NCBI RefSeq assembly: GCF_009914755.1
Contig: NC_060936.1
DNA length: 64,000 nt
Reading direction: 5' to 3' (one strand)
Origin: the human T2T-CHM13v2.0 reference genome, Homo sapiens
In this document: piece after piece, positions 16,651 to 31,180 of the stretch
How the letters are laid out: every line of letters begins with the position of its first letter
Numbering within the stretch: the first letter of the stretch is position 1
Program-made: the position numbers and the translations under genes
The notes under the pieces: generated by a model
What the model was told of the DNA's origin: nothing
Databases searched by the model: none
What the model saw: the letters and a program-made list of their open reading frames with translations, nothing else

Positions 16651-17039
16651 TGTTAGGGGCTGAAATATGTCCCCTGAAATTCATGTTTTGAAGTCCTAAC
16701 TCCCAGTAATGGGAACATAACCATATTGGATATAAGGTCTTTAAAGAGGTGACTGTTTTAAAATGAGCTCTTTAGGGTAGGCCTCAATCCAATATGACTG
16801 ATGTCCTTATAGGAAGAGGGGATACAGACACAGACATGTGTGCACACAGAAGGAAGACCATAAAAACAGAGACAAGACAGCCATCTACAAGTTAAGTAGA
16901 GAGGCCTCTGAAGAAGCAATCCCGCCAGCACCTTGATCTTGGACTTGAAGCCTCTAGAACTGTGAGAAAATAAATTTCTGTTTGTTGAAGCCTCCCAGTC
17001 TGTGATTTTTTTTTATGGCAGCCCTAGCAAACCAATAGA
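16651..17039 (+). mobile_element. MLT1B-like MaLR solo LTR
   Basis: Typical CACCTTGATCTTGGACTT...AGAACTGTGAGAAAATAAATTTCTG...GCAGCCCTAGCAAAC; 5-bp TSD GTTTG. Confidence 0.88.
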
Positions 17040-17127
17040 GTTTGCCTCCACAACATCCCTTCCATTCTAACCCCTTGTGTAGTAGTCATGTGATTGTCGG
17101 CGGGGGCAAAGAATAAAACACAACACC

Positions 17128-18684
17128 CTCTCCCTCTCCCTCCCCCTCCCCCTCTTCCTCTCCCTCTCCCCTTTCTTGGGTCTCCCTCTGTTGCCAAGTC
17201 CCTCTCCCTCTCTCTCCCTCTTCTTTCCTCGGTCTCCCTCTGTTGCCGAGGCTGGACTCTACTGCCGTGATCTCAGCTCGCTGCAACCTCCCTGCCTCGG
17301 GCTCCTGTGATTCTCCTGCCTCCACCCGTGGAGTGCCTGGGATTGCAGGCACGCGCCGCCCCGCCTGACTGGTTTTTGTATTTTTGGTGGAGATGGGGTT
17401 CTGCCGTGTTGACCAGGCTGGTCTCCAGCTCCTGACCTCGAGTGTTCTGCCCGCCTCGGCCTCCCGAGGTGCCGGGATTGCAGATGGAGTCTCGCTCACT
17501 CAATGCTCAATGTTGCCCAGGCTGGAATGCAGTGGCGTGATCTCGGCTCGCTACAACCTCCACCTCCCAGCCGCCTGCCTTGGCCTCCCAAAGTACTAAG
17601 ATTACAGCCTCTGCCCGGCGGCCACCCCGTCTAGGAAGTGAGGAGCGTCTCTGCCTGGCCGCCCATCGTCTGGGATGTGAGGAGCCCCTCTGCCCGGCCG
17701 CCCCATCTGGGAAGTGAGGAGCGCCTATGCCCGGCCTCCCCGTCTGGGAAGTGAGGAGCGCCTCTGCCCGGCCACCCCGTCTGGGATGTGAGGAGCGCCT
17801 CTGCCCGGCCGCCCCATCTGGGATGTGAGGAGCGCCTCTGCCCGGCCGCCCCGTCTGGGATGTGAGGAGCGCCTCTGCCCGGCCGCCCCGTCTGGGATGT
17901 GAGGAGCGCCCCTGCCTGGCCGCCACCCCCTCTGGGAGCCGCCCCGTCTGGGAAGTGAGCATCTCTGCCCAGGTGCCCCATCTGGGAAGTGGGGAGCACC
18001 TCTGCCTGGCCGCCCCATCTGGGAAGTGAGGAGCGCCTCTGCCCAGCCATCCATCATCTGGGATGTGAGGAGCGCCTCTGCCCAGCCACCACCCCGTCTA
18101 GGAAGTGAGGAGCGCCTCTGTCCGGCCGCCCCGTCTGGGATGTGTACCCAACAGCTCCAAAGAGACAGCGACCATCGAGAACGGGCCATGATGACGATGG
18201 TGGTTTTGTCGAAAAGAAAAGGGAGAAATGTGGGGAAAAGAAAGAGAGATCAAATTGTTACTGTGTCTGTGTAGAAAGAAGCAGACATAGGAGACTCCAT
18301 TTTGTTCTGTACTAAGAAAAATTCTTCTGCCTTGGGATGCTGTTAATCTATAACCTTACCCCCAACCCCATGCTCTCTGAAACATGTGCTGTGTCAACTC
18401 AGGGTTAAATGGATTAAGGGCAGTGCAAGATGTGCTTTGTTAAACAGATGCTTGAAGGCAGCATGCTCGTTAAGAGTCATCACCACTCCCTAATCTCAAG
18501 TACCCAGGGACACAAACACTGTGGAAGGCTGCAGGGACCTCTGCCTAGGAAAACCAGAGATTTTTGTTCACGTGTTTATCTGCTGACCTTCTCTCCACTA
18601 TTATCCTATGACCCTGCCACATCCCCCTCTCCGAGAAACACCCAAGAATGATCAATAAATACTTAAAAAAAAACAAAAACAAAA
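17128..18684 (+). mobile_element. Full-length SVA (SVA_A-like)
   Basis: CCCTCT hexamers, antisense Alu-like region, ~40-bp GC-rich VNTR (17610-18140), SINE-R, AATAAA and A tail; 13-bp TSD AAAACACAACACC at 17115-17127 and 18685-18697; AGAGACAGCGACCATCGAGAAC suggests the oldest subfamily. Confidence 0.95.
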
Positions 18685-19172
18685 AAAACACAACACCAAT
18701 TCCAGGAATCAGCCCTGACTATTTTAGATCATTCAAGGTAATCCTATACTTCTTGCTACAGTGGGTAGTTTAGGAAACGCAAGCATTCCTTTAGCCAATT
18801 TGTGTCAGTAACACTTGAAGAGCTGGTGACTGAGAAAGACTTCCTTGTTCTTCAGATAAAGCTACTAAAAGTGTGCTCTCTTCCTGTTTGGATGATGAGA
18901 GGTGAGAATTTAAACCTGGAATTACTGTAGCTACTCTGTTATCATAAACTAGTCTAGCTTTGGAATAATGCTGCCTCTGTGGAAGGCCCAGAAGGGAGGT
19001 GGAACAAAACTAGTTTCTTGTTGAAATTAGTAAGCCACTGATCAAATAAATCCTGATACCTGCCTAGTTATGTAAGCCAATAAGTCCCCTTCATTATTTA
19101 AGCAATTTTGATTTTTTAAAAATTTACAATACTAAGGGTCTTCGCAGTTAAGGGATATGTGGGGAAAGGAAA

Positions 19173-21460
19173 CTGTCACAGGTCAAATTCCCTGGGAAAC
19201 ACTTTAAGATAAAGATTAGAGTGCAGAAATGTCATTGGTGGGTGCTCTTAGAATCCGCCTGTAGAGAGAGTAAAGAAAGCAGGCTTAGGCAAAGGAAGAA
19301 GTTGACCTGCAGTGAAGTCCAACAGAGGCCTCAGCCATTCCTACAGGGAACTCTGAAGACTTTATGCCATCTCATTGACCAATCATTTTGGCTGTACCCA
19401 GAAATGTGAGGAGGCCCTCTTCAGCAGAGGGTAAGTGATAGTGAAGGATTCAGTTGAGAGTTGTCAGCCTCAAACACTTTCAGCATCTGGTGGAATGACT
19501 GCTTCATTCCTGGATTGGGGGAAATCTACAGTACACCATGCATGATATCCACTACTGTCTACCTCTATGAATATAAGATCTAGGAGCAGCTCTTCCAAAA
19601 TTCTGTGGGGCTTCCAAGAAACTGGAGAAACTTACTAGAAGAAGGAGGTTGGTGGGATTAATTACAGCCTCGAAAGCTGCTCCTGGGGTCATAATTGGTG
19701 CTGATCATTTCCTTCTTCCACTACCTATTCTAGAGTCCCCTCACTCTCTGCTGGTCTAGGTAGCTGCTATGGACTGAATGTTTGGGTATCCCCAGAATTT
19801 GTATGTTGAAACTAGTCACCAATGTGATAGTATTAGGAGGTGGGTGATTTGGAAGTGATTAGGTCATGAAGACAGAGTCCTCAAGAATGGAATTAGTGCC
19901 TTTATAAAAGAGGTCCCAGACAGCTGCCTTGCCTCTTCCACCACGTGAAGACACAGCAAGAAGGCACCAGGAAGTGGGCCCTCACTAAACACTAAATTTG
20001 CTTGTACCTTGATCTTGGATTTTACAGGTTACAGAACTACAAGAAATAATTCTGTTGTTATAGGTCATGTAATTTGTGATATTTATTATACCAGCCCAAA
20101 CACACTAAGACAGTAGCTTACCTAGTGGAATAACTCAAACCCTCTTCAGTGAGGGGGCCAAGTCCTTCATCACCAAATTCTTCCCAGGTTGTAGCTGCTG
20201 CACTTTTCCATGGACCATGTAAATTGGGCAAGCAAAAACCAAGAGAAAAACAAATGGGTCACTTGGGTATCAAACATATTATTTCCTATCCCTTTTGTGG
20301 AACAGCTGCCCTACTGAAATCAGAATCAATTACCGTTGCCAGAATGGTGACTCCTTTCCTTGTTTCTTGGAATGAGAAGACTAAAATGACCAGGCAGCAG
20401 CTAGAGTTTAATGGGACTCTTCCTGTGTCTGCTAGTGGAAACATTTTCTCTCTCGTAGCCAAAATCTCTAACTTACGGAGAAAGAAGGTACGACTTCCCT
20501 AAACAAATCCCTGGGAATCATAATATATGGAGATATTCCTATTTGCACTCTTTAGCTCCCGGATTCTTGTATTCTTACTTTTGAGAATATCAATTTAGAG
20601 TGTACACTGAGTCCTGGGGTATGATGCCTCCTCACAGGGTATCCTTTGCAAGCTAGCACCCCAGCTGAAACTTTAACAGGTCATCCCAATGCTCAATCAG
20701 TACAGTTTCAAGGTGGTGTAGTATATTGTAGGACCAGTGGAACCCATGGTCCTGTGCCCACTGCTGCACCAAATCTTAGGTCAGTGGATCAAACAATTTA
20801 AGCCCTCAGTGGTACTACCTGAGACCCTTCAGGCAGGAGATCCAACTTGGAATATGTTTAAGTTCCAATAAAGATAAATTGATACTACTTCCAGGATGGA
20901 ATGAGTCCTGTGTAGACAACTTGCCACCAAGTAGCTGGTAAGTCTGCTGAAGGAATGGTGCTGCATTGGGGGCCAAGCATTGGCCTTGTTGCTGGCAAAT
21001 TGGACATTTGACAGTGGTGGTAGCTAGATCAGCCTTGTTAATTGGGAACCATGCTATTAGGCCCATGTATAACCTCCATCTCTGCACCTGTGGCTACCCT
21101 TGTCATGTGCCTATTGGGCCAATACTAGTGTAGCCAATGGCAGAGACTGGCTGATGTCATCTGGCCAGGGCATTGTTCCTTATGGTTGTCTAGTGCTTAT
21201 TCTGTGATGGATTCTCTCTGTTGCCTATTAACACATGAAGCAAAGATCTTCACATTTCATATCCATTTTATAGGGTCATCCACATGCCTCTTTCCCAGAA
21301 CTCTTTATCCCCAATCTTTGTCTTTCCAGCCCCTGACCAAACAGTAAGCCTTTTGCTAGTGCCCATAAATTAATGTATAAGTTTACTTTGAGCTACAAAC
21401 CAAAGCTCTGCCCACTTAGAGATATTCCCCTCACTACTGTCTTTCAGGACACTCCTAAGT
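19173..21460 (-). mobile_element. ERVL-class provirus remnant: LTR16-like 3' LTR (~19173-19555) plus internal pol/integrase
   Basis: Minus ORF 20815-21087 contains PINKADLATTTVKCPICQQQ, matching the ERVL integrase zinc-finger region; LTR call by resemblance. Confidence 0.7.
19765..20112 (+). mobile_element. MLT1A-like solo LTR nested in the ERVL remnant
   Basis: TGCTATGGACTGAATGTTTG...CTAAGACA; 5-bp TSD GTAGC. Confidence 0.88.
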
Positions 21461-21464
21461 GATT

Positions 21465-22253
21465 GCCTGTGGCACTTGCACATCAGGACTGTCACCTTTG
21501 GGTCCCCCCAAAAACTAGGGCAGCAATGGAAAAAGGGCAGGCTAGGCCAAGAGTGAGGAATAAACAGTCTTTATTGGCTTTGGACTAGGAGTCCTTGGGT
21601 CTTGAGTATCTCTGTGTATTTGTCGATATTCTTCAGATTCTTCTCAGCCTGTTTCTGCAGCCTCATAAACTGCTCCTTCTCCCTTTGCCCCTCCCCATTC
21701 TTTCTCCTAATGGATCTTGACCTTCTCCTTCCTCTTCTCCTCCAGAATGGCTGTCACTGGTTGGTACTTCCAGGCAAATTTATGAACCAGGTGCCCCAGG
21801 TAGGCAAACTTCAGTGTGGGCTTCAGGTGCACAACCTTGAGTAGAGTAGAAATCACCATCCACTTTTGCAAAGGGCAGGGCACAGGGGGTGTGGATCCCA
21901 TCAAATACCTTGAGGTGGTCCAGGTGGCCAGGCCTCACTTGGTTTTATGGGGCAATATACCACTCATGGTTCAGCCAAAAGATGCAGTTAGGTGCCCGAA
22001 AGTAGAAGAGACCCAGAAGTGGTAGGGTCTAAAGACAGAGTTGGTGCTCCTGGTCTTGTGGAAGGTTAGATACTGAAACTTGTTCCTGTAGAAGTTGACA
22101 AAAATGCTGATGTCCTTGCAGTGCAGGACCTCCAGCTTCCTGCCCAGCAGTACTTGCTTGGCCATTATGACCACCAGGCAACTCAGGAGAGGCCTAGGCC
22201 ATCGATCACCAGAACCTGCCCCTTCAACATCTTCAACAGCCACTTGGAAAAGG
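21465..22253 (-). pseudogene. RPL13A: Processed pseudogene of ribosomal protein L13a (uL13)
   Basis: Intronless. 5' TOP-like CTTTTCCAAG leader and ATG at 22230. Peptides AKQVLLGRK...NFYRNK and [16 protein letters not shown]...[21 protein letters not shown] match RPL13A across frameshifts and stops. 3' UTR AATAAAGACTG is present. The symbol is the parent gene. Confidence 0.93.
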
Positions 22254-22529
22254 CCAGGAACTATTTTACCAAAGGGATTTAAGTCTGCACTGCAGATGGC
22301 ATGACCTTGCTTCATAACCATAGAGATCTGTGTTGTGATTCTTCGAATGGGATTTGATGTAAACTTTTTTATTTTTACAAAGGCAAGGAAATTCAAACAT
22401 TGAAATGCTTAAGAAAATAAAAATCTTTCCAAATCCTATAACTGGAGACAATTTGTCGATTCATCAATATCCTAGTGAGCATTATTTTAAACCTTTTACT
22501 ATATATTTATACAAATAGAACTACGTCTG

Positions 22530-22850
22530 TAATTTATTTTTTATTTATTATTTACTCTGTTTATAGAGACAGGGTCTTGCTCTGTCACCCAGGCAGGAGT
22601 GCCATGGCAGAATCAAACTCACTGCAGCCTCCAACTCGTGGGATCAAATGACCCTCCCACCTCAGCCTCCCCAGTAGCTGGGACTATAGGCACACCACCA
22701 CATCTGGTTGTTTTTTGTTTGTTTGTTTGTTTTTTGTAGAGATGGTATCGCTGTGTTTCCCAAGCTGACCTTAAACTCCTGGTGTCAATCCTCCCTCCTC
22801 AGCCTCCCAAGGTGCTTTGGTTATAGGCATGAGCTACTGAACCCATCCAA
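22530..22850 (-). mobile_element. AluJ
   Basis: GAGACAGGGTCTTGCTCTGTCACCCAGG, diverged dimer. Confidence 0.88.
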
Positions 22851-23333
22851 ATTGCTGCTTTTTGATTAAACACTATTTTTATATAACATAAATTAACCAG
22901 TTTGCTATAGATAATTCTTAATTGAGTGGTACTGCCCTCTAGAGTATGTTTTGTGTCTCGACTATTTACATGATGAAATACATATTTTGTTATAAATTAC
23001 TGCTTTTTTCACATTACAGTTAGTATATTTTGTTGTATGTACCTATGACTTTCATTTCAGGACTGTAAGGGAGTGTTACAAAGTATTTATTATAAAAAGG
23101 GCATGAAGTCAGCTGGGATTGAGAAGCACTGCTTGTAGATGGACACAGAGTATCTTCAATTTTCAATACTAAAAATATTCTGATGAACATCTTTGTATAT
23201 TCATGTTTTGCAGTGGGTTTGTTAGGCCAAATGGTACACATGTGCAGAAATTTGGCACATTGTACCAATTCACCTATATACCAACAGGGCATGAGAGTGC
23301 CAGTTTCCTCATATATTCACCAACAATAATGTT

Positions 23334-23780
23334 GCCATGGTTTGGATGTGATTATTTTGCCAAAACTCATATTGAAATTTGATCCCTGATGTGGCAGCAG
23401 TATTCAGAGGTGGGACCTACTTGGGGATGTTTGGGTTACGGGGACACCACTGTCATGAATGCCTTCCGGCTGCAATGAGTTCTTCCTTTCTCAGGAATGG
23501 ATTATTTTACATCAGAGAGAGCAGCTTGCTAAATAGTGCCTGGGTTCCTTGGATTCTCTCTCTTGCTTCCTCTCTCACCATGTGGCCTCTTTGCATACAC
23601 CTCCCCCACCTTCCACTCTCTACCATGAGTGTAAGGAAGCAGTACAAGACCCTCTCTAGATATAGCTGCCCAATCTTGCACTTTCCAGCCACCAGGATCA
23701 TGAACCAAACAAATCTATTTTCTGTATAAATTATCCAGCGTCAGGTATTCCATTACAGCAACACTAAGTGGACTGTGACA
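23334..23780 (+). mobile_element. MST-family MaLR solo LTR
   Basis: TGCCATGGTTTGGATGTG start; TATAAATTATCCAGCGTCAGGTATTCCATTACAGCAACAC end. Confidence 0.8.
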
Positions 23781-23964
23781 AATGTAGTCCTCTTGCATAT
23801 GCCAGTCACTCTTCCCTTAAAAACTAGTTAAGATTTTCTTAAAATTTCTATTCTGTGTCTTGGGGTAGAGTCCTTCAAGTGATTCTGAAAGTTCCAGGAT
23901 TTTACTTTATTTCTAGTAATTCCTGGGTTTAATTTCTGACTTTAATTGATTTCTCTTTTCCATT

Positions 23965-26633
23965 TTTTAAAAATAACAGCTATACTGGGATATACTTCAT
24001 ACACTACACAATTCACATATTTAAAGTGTACACTTCAGTGGTTTTTAGAGACATGCACAGAGACATGCAACTGTTACTACGATCAATTTTAGAACATGTT
24101 TTTCTTTTCTTTTCTTTTCTTTTCTTTTTGTTTTTTGAGACAGGGTCTCACTCATTTGCCCAGGCTGGAGTGCAGTGGCCAGTCTCGGCTCACTGCAACC
24201 TCCACCTCCCAGGCTCAAGTGATCCTCCCACCTCAACTGCCCAAGTAGCTGGGACTACAGGTTCACAGCACCATGCCCAGCTAATTTTTGTGTTTTTGGT
24301 AGAGATGAAGTTTCACCATATTGCCCAAGTTGGTCTCCAACTCCTGGCCTCAAGCAAACCACTGACCTCAACCTCCCAAAGTGTTGGGATAACAGGCGTG
24401 GGCCACTGTGCCCTGCCGCAATATTTTTTTCATCACCCTCTAAAACCCCATATACCTCAGCAGTCACTCCCTATTTTCTCATAACCCCCCAGTCCTAGGC
24501 AACCACTAATCTACTTTTTGGGTGGATTTACCCTTTCTGGATATTATATAAAAATAGAATAGTCAAGTATGGGGGCTTTTGCCACTGGCTTCTTTTACTT
24601 AGCATAATGTTTTCAGGATTTATTCATCTTACAGTATGTAGTAGTACTTCTTTTCTATTGTTGAATAATAGTCTGTTGTATATACATATCACATTTTATT
24701 TATCCACTCATCAGTTAATGAACATTTGGGTTGTATCTACATTTTGGCTATTATGAATAATGCTGTTATGAACATTCTTGTACAAGTTTTTGTGTAGACA
24801 TATGTTTTCATTTCTCTTGGGTATATATCTAGGAGTGAAATGTCATATGGTAACTCTATGTCTAACCTTTTGAGGAACTGCCAAACTGCTTTTCCAAAGC
24901 AGCTGCACCATTTGACATTCCCACCAGCAGTGCATGAGAGTTCCAGTTTCCTCATGCCCTCAACATTGCTTGCAATAGTCTGTGTTGTTGGTTATTGCTA
25001 TTCTGTTGAGTGTGGATTGGTATCTCATTGTGGTTTTAATTTGCCTTTCCCTGATAGCTAATGATGCTGAACATCTTTTCATGTGCTTGTTGGTCATTTG
25101 TGTATCTTCTTTGAATGTCACTTAGATCATTTGCCCACTTTTAATTGAGCTATTTGGTTTTTTATTATTGAGTTGTAATAATTCTTAACATATTGTAGAT
25201 ACAAGTCTCTTATTAGATATGTGTTTGCAAGTATTTTCTCCCATTCTATGGATTGTCTTCATTTTCTTGATGGTATCCTTTGCAACACAAATGTTTTTAA
25301 TTTTCATGATGCCCAATTTATCCTTTTTTTCTTCCCTTGAGTGTGCTTTGGTGTCATATCTAAGAAACTATTGTCTCATCTAATGTCACAAAGAGTTATG
25401 CCTATGTTTTCTTCCAAGAATTTAGCAGTTTTAGTTCATACAGTTAGGCCTTTGATCCATTGATTTTTGCCTATGTATATGCATAAATTTTCTGTACATG
25501 CAATTTTATTATTTTGCTTCTGGATATGCAGTTGTACCAGCATCATTTGCTGGAAAGATTATCCTTTCCCCATTGAATTGTCATGACACCCTTTTCAAAA
25601 ACCAATTGACCATGAATTTGAGAGTTTATTTCTAGACACTTAATTCTCTTCCATTGATCTATATGTCTATCTTTAATGCCAGTACCTTACCATTTTGGCT
25701 ACTGTAGTTTTGTAGTAAATTTTGGAATTGGGAAGTGTGAGTCTTTCAACTTTGCTCTTTTTTTTCAAGGTTGTTTTTCCTATTCTAAAGCAAATTCAAA
25801 CTTATTCTAAAGGAAATTCAAGAGAATTTCCATATAAATTTTAGGGTCAGCTTGTCAATTTCTGTAAAAAATTTAACTGGGATTTTTACAACGATAGGTT
25901 GAATCTGTAGATCAGTTGAGAAGTATTGCCATTTTAACAGTATTAAGTCTTTCAATCCAGCACATGGAATGCCTTTTCATTTATTTAATTCTTCTTTAAT
26001 TTATTTTAATAATGTTTTATAGTTTTTAGGATATAGGTTTTACAGTTTTTTGGTTTAATTTATTCCCAACTATTTTATACGTTTTGATGCTATTGCATCA
26101 GTTTTCTTACTTTTATTTTCAGATTGTTCATTGCAGCATATAGAAATATAACTAATTTTCATATATCAATCTTGTAGCCTGAAACCTTGCTGAACTTATT
26201 TATTAGTTTGTAATGATGTTTTAGTGGATTCCTTAGGATTTTCTATATACAAGTTTGTGTCATCTACAACTATAGTTTTACTTCTTTCTTTCCAATCTGA
26301 ATGCCTTTTACTTCTTTTTCTTGCCCAATTGCCCTTTCTACAACCTCCAATGCAATGTTGAATAAAAGTGGTGAGAACAGACATTCTTTTCATTTATTGA
26401 TCTTAGGAGGAAAGCTTTCAGTCTTTCATCATTAATTATGTTAGTTGTGGCTTTTCGTAGATATCTTTTTTTTTTTCTTTTTTGAGACAGGGTCTCACTC
26501 TGTCACTTAGGCCGGAGTGTAGTGAGTGGTCCAATCTTGGCTCACGGCAGCCTCAACCTCCCGGGCTCAAGCAATCCTCCTACTTTAGCCTCTGGAGTAT
26601 CTGGGACCACAGGTGTGTGCCAGCATGCCTGGT

Positions 26634-26667
<34 letters not shown>

Positions 26668-27105
26668 ATAGAGAAGAGGTCTCACTATGTTGCCTAGGCT
26701 TGTCTTGAACTCCTGGGCTCAAGCAATCCTCCCACCTTGGCCTCTTAAAGTGTGGAGATTACAGGAGTGAGCCACCATGCCCACGCCTGTAATCTTAACA
26801 CTTTAGGTGGTTGAGGAGGGAGAAGTCGGAAGGAGATGCCTGATGAAAGACATATCTTTTATCAGGTTGAAGAAGTTCCTTTGTATTCTTAGTTTGTTGA
26901 ATGTTTTCATCCTGAAGGGATTTTGTCAAATGCTCTTTCTGCGTGTATTGATATAATTATGTCATTTTTGTTCCTTATCCTAATGATATGGTATATTAAA
27001 TTAATTAATTTTCTAATATTAGCCAGCTTGCATTTTAGGGATAAATCCTACTTAGTCATGGTGTATAATTCTTTTTATGTGTTTTTGGATTCCATTTGCT
27101 AGTTC
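23965..27105 (-). mobile_element. L1MB-like 3' portion with two AluJ insertions (~24100-24420, ~26465-26780)
   Basis: L1MB 3' UTR motif CCTAGGCAACCACTAATCTACTTT; degenerate ORF2 peptides on the minus strand (AGGNVKWCSCFGKAVWQFLKRLDIELPYD). Confidence 0.85.
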
Positions 27106-27349
27106 TCTTCTGTACTTTGCAATTGATTCTTTGTCAATGTCCAGATATTAGGCCAAATGGGGGGTATGTCCACTTCCTGATATTTCCCCAGATAAGACTG
27201 TTTTGGTCATTTTTCACTCATTCTGGTGCCTGGAAATGGAACTCTTTATGAGTCTTGCTAGGGGGAAAAGTCAATTTCTTACTGTAAGAATTAAAACAAA
27301 TTTTTATTACTATATGAGTTTAATATTATTTCTTACTATAAGAATTAAA

Positions 27350-27637
27350 AGCTAGGCATGGTGGCTCATGCCTATAGCTGGGAGGCCAAGATGGGCAGAT
27401 CGCTTGAGCCCAGGAGTTCAAGACCAGCCTGGGTAACATGGTGAAATCCTGTCTCAAAAAAAAAAAAAGAAAAGTCAGGTGTGGTGGTTTGTGCCTGTAG
27501 TCCCAGCTACAGAGGAGGCTGAGGAGGCAGGATTACTTGAGCCCAGGAGTTGGAGCTTGTAGTGAGCTGTGATCACACCACTGCACGGCACTCCAGCCTG
27601 GGCAACACAGCAAGAACCTATCTCAAAAAAAAAAAAA
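27350..27637 (+). mobile_element. AluJ
   Basis: GATCGCTTGAGCCCAGGAGTTCAAGACC dimer with A tail. Confidence 0.9.
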
Positions 27638-28382
27638 TAGAATTTAAAAAAATTTACTTTTGCAATCTTCCTTGGTGCTAGGGAAGAGGCATATGATCAT
27701 TCAGACACACGTTAATTAATATTTAATTTGGGAGTGAATGACACCTAAAGTAAGGTCTTTCTCTCTTTCTACAGCGATACTGTTAGAATAGCAGAATCAG
27801 GCTTGAGGCATGATTTAGGGTGTTTTTCTCAGCTATTTAGTCTCAACCCTAGTTCTCTAGTTCTCTTAGTAATTCATGGCACTGCCCAGTTTTTTTTACT
27901 TTTATTTTTCTTTTTGATCACCATGAACAAACAATTTCCTTTTAGTAAGTCCCGTATTGCTTAATTCAGCCAGGGTCCACTTTTATTAAGAGCAACTAGT
28001 AGCCTTGTCAGATAAAACACTCACACATGGCATTGTTGTTAGTTGCCTTATACTAATAATTCAGGAGATGATGTCAGAGATTACATCAATGAAGAACCAT
28101 ACAGAAAATAATTTAATATCAAATATTTGACTTTCATTTTTAAAAGAATAGCATTGTCCATTTCTCCCAACATGGCCCCAGCCTTCCACAAGGTGCTTTA
28201 CTCCATTCTCTTTACATTTTCTTCTCCCGGCTCCATCCCTAAATCCTTGATCATTTCTTAAGTAGAGGAGTTTATCTTACTCTTTTTTCTTGCCAATCCC
28301 AAGTAAGTTTTAAAGAACTTTTCACAAATAAAAGCACCTCTTTTCCTAAAACAAAATGGTTCCCCTTTTGTTTCATTCCACC

Positions 28383-29064
<682 letters not shown>

Positions 29065-29107
29065 CACCACATTAGAATTGCATGTTGCTTTGTCATTGCC
29101 AATCTGA

Positions 29108-29454
<347 letters not shown>

Positions 29455-30167
29455 TATTGCATATTTTTAAATTAGAGACTAAGATTTCTTCTTTTCTGAA
29501 TTGTCTGTTATTTTAACTATTTTTCCATGTTGGAATATTAATCTTTTTCTTATTCTTTTGTAGATTCTTTTAAGCTCTTCATATACAGGGAATATTAGTA
29601 CATAGCATAAATATTGCAAATAGTTTTCCAGGTTGTTATTTGGCATTTGACATTGTTTATGATGAAGTTTTGCTTATTTTCCTAAAAACCAAAACAGAAT
29701 TTTTGGTTTTGTTTCTAAGAAATAAAAGCTTTCAAGCTTTTCCTTTTTGACATCTAGATTTCATGTCATCTTTAGAAAAGCTGCCCCCACTGCCTTTGGC
29801 ACAAAAATCATATAACTGTTTATGTGTCTTTTTTCTCCACCTGTAATTCATTAAAAATTAGAAAACTGATGTCCAGATTGATAATACGACTTGCCCAAGG
29901 TCTTACAACTAATTAAAGGAAATAGGCTACAGAAAAGATGGTGCTCCTACTGAAAGCAGTAATGCATAATTAGTGGTACACTTCTTAATTAAAAATTTTA
30001 ATGTTAAGTGAGTTTTTTACCCTTTAAAAATTATGGCTATTTTCTGGAAGCTTTTTTAGGAAATAAAAGGAAATACTCTCTTAAACAGTGATAATTCAAA
30101 AGACACATTGGGACTTATTACACAAATGAATATTCAGAGTCATAATTTTCTTTATTAAAACATATGG

Positions 30168-30639
<472 letters not shown>

Positions 30640-31021
30640 TAGTTTTATTTCATTGTGGACGGAAAAGACTTGTCATATGATGTCTGCTTTTTTCAAATTG
30701 TGTAGACTTGTTTCATTACTTGAGATATGGTCTATTCTGCAGAATGTTCCATGTACTGATGAAAAGAATGTATATTCTGCAGCAGCTGGGTAAAATGTTC
30801 TGTACATGTCACTTAGGCACTTTGATCTCATGTGCAGTTTAATTTCAATTTTTTTTGTTGATTTTCTGTTTGTATGATTTGACCATTACTGACAATGGGG
30901 TGTTAAAACCCCCTACAATAATATTGCAGTCTATCTCTCCCTTTATATCTATTAGTGTTTGCTTTATACTCTTGGGGGCTCCATTGTTGTTTGCATACAT
31001 ATTTATTTATTTATTTTTTGA

Positions 31022-31180
<159 letters not shown>

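Noticed and set aside
17610-18140. Regular ~40-bp GC-rich repeats and the long repetitive ORFs over them, superficially array-like
   Set aside because: This is the SVA VNTR. There are no unique spacers and the context is eukaryotic, so it is neither CRISPR nor a gene.
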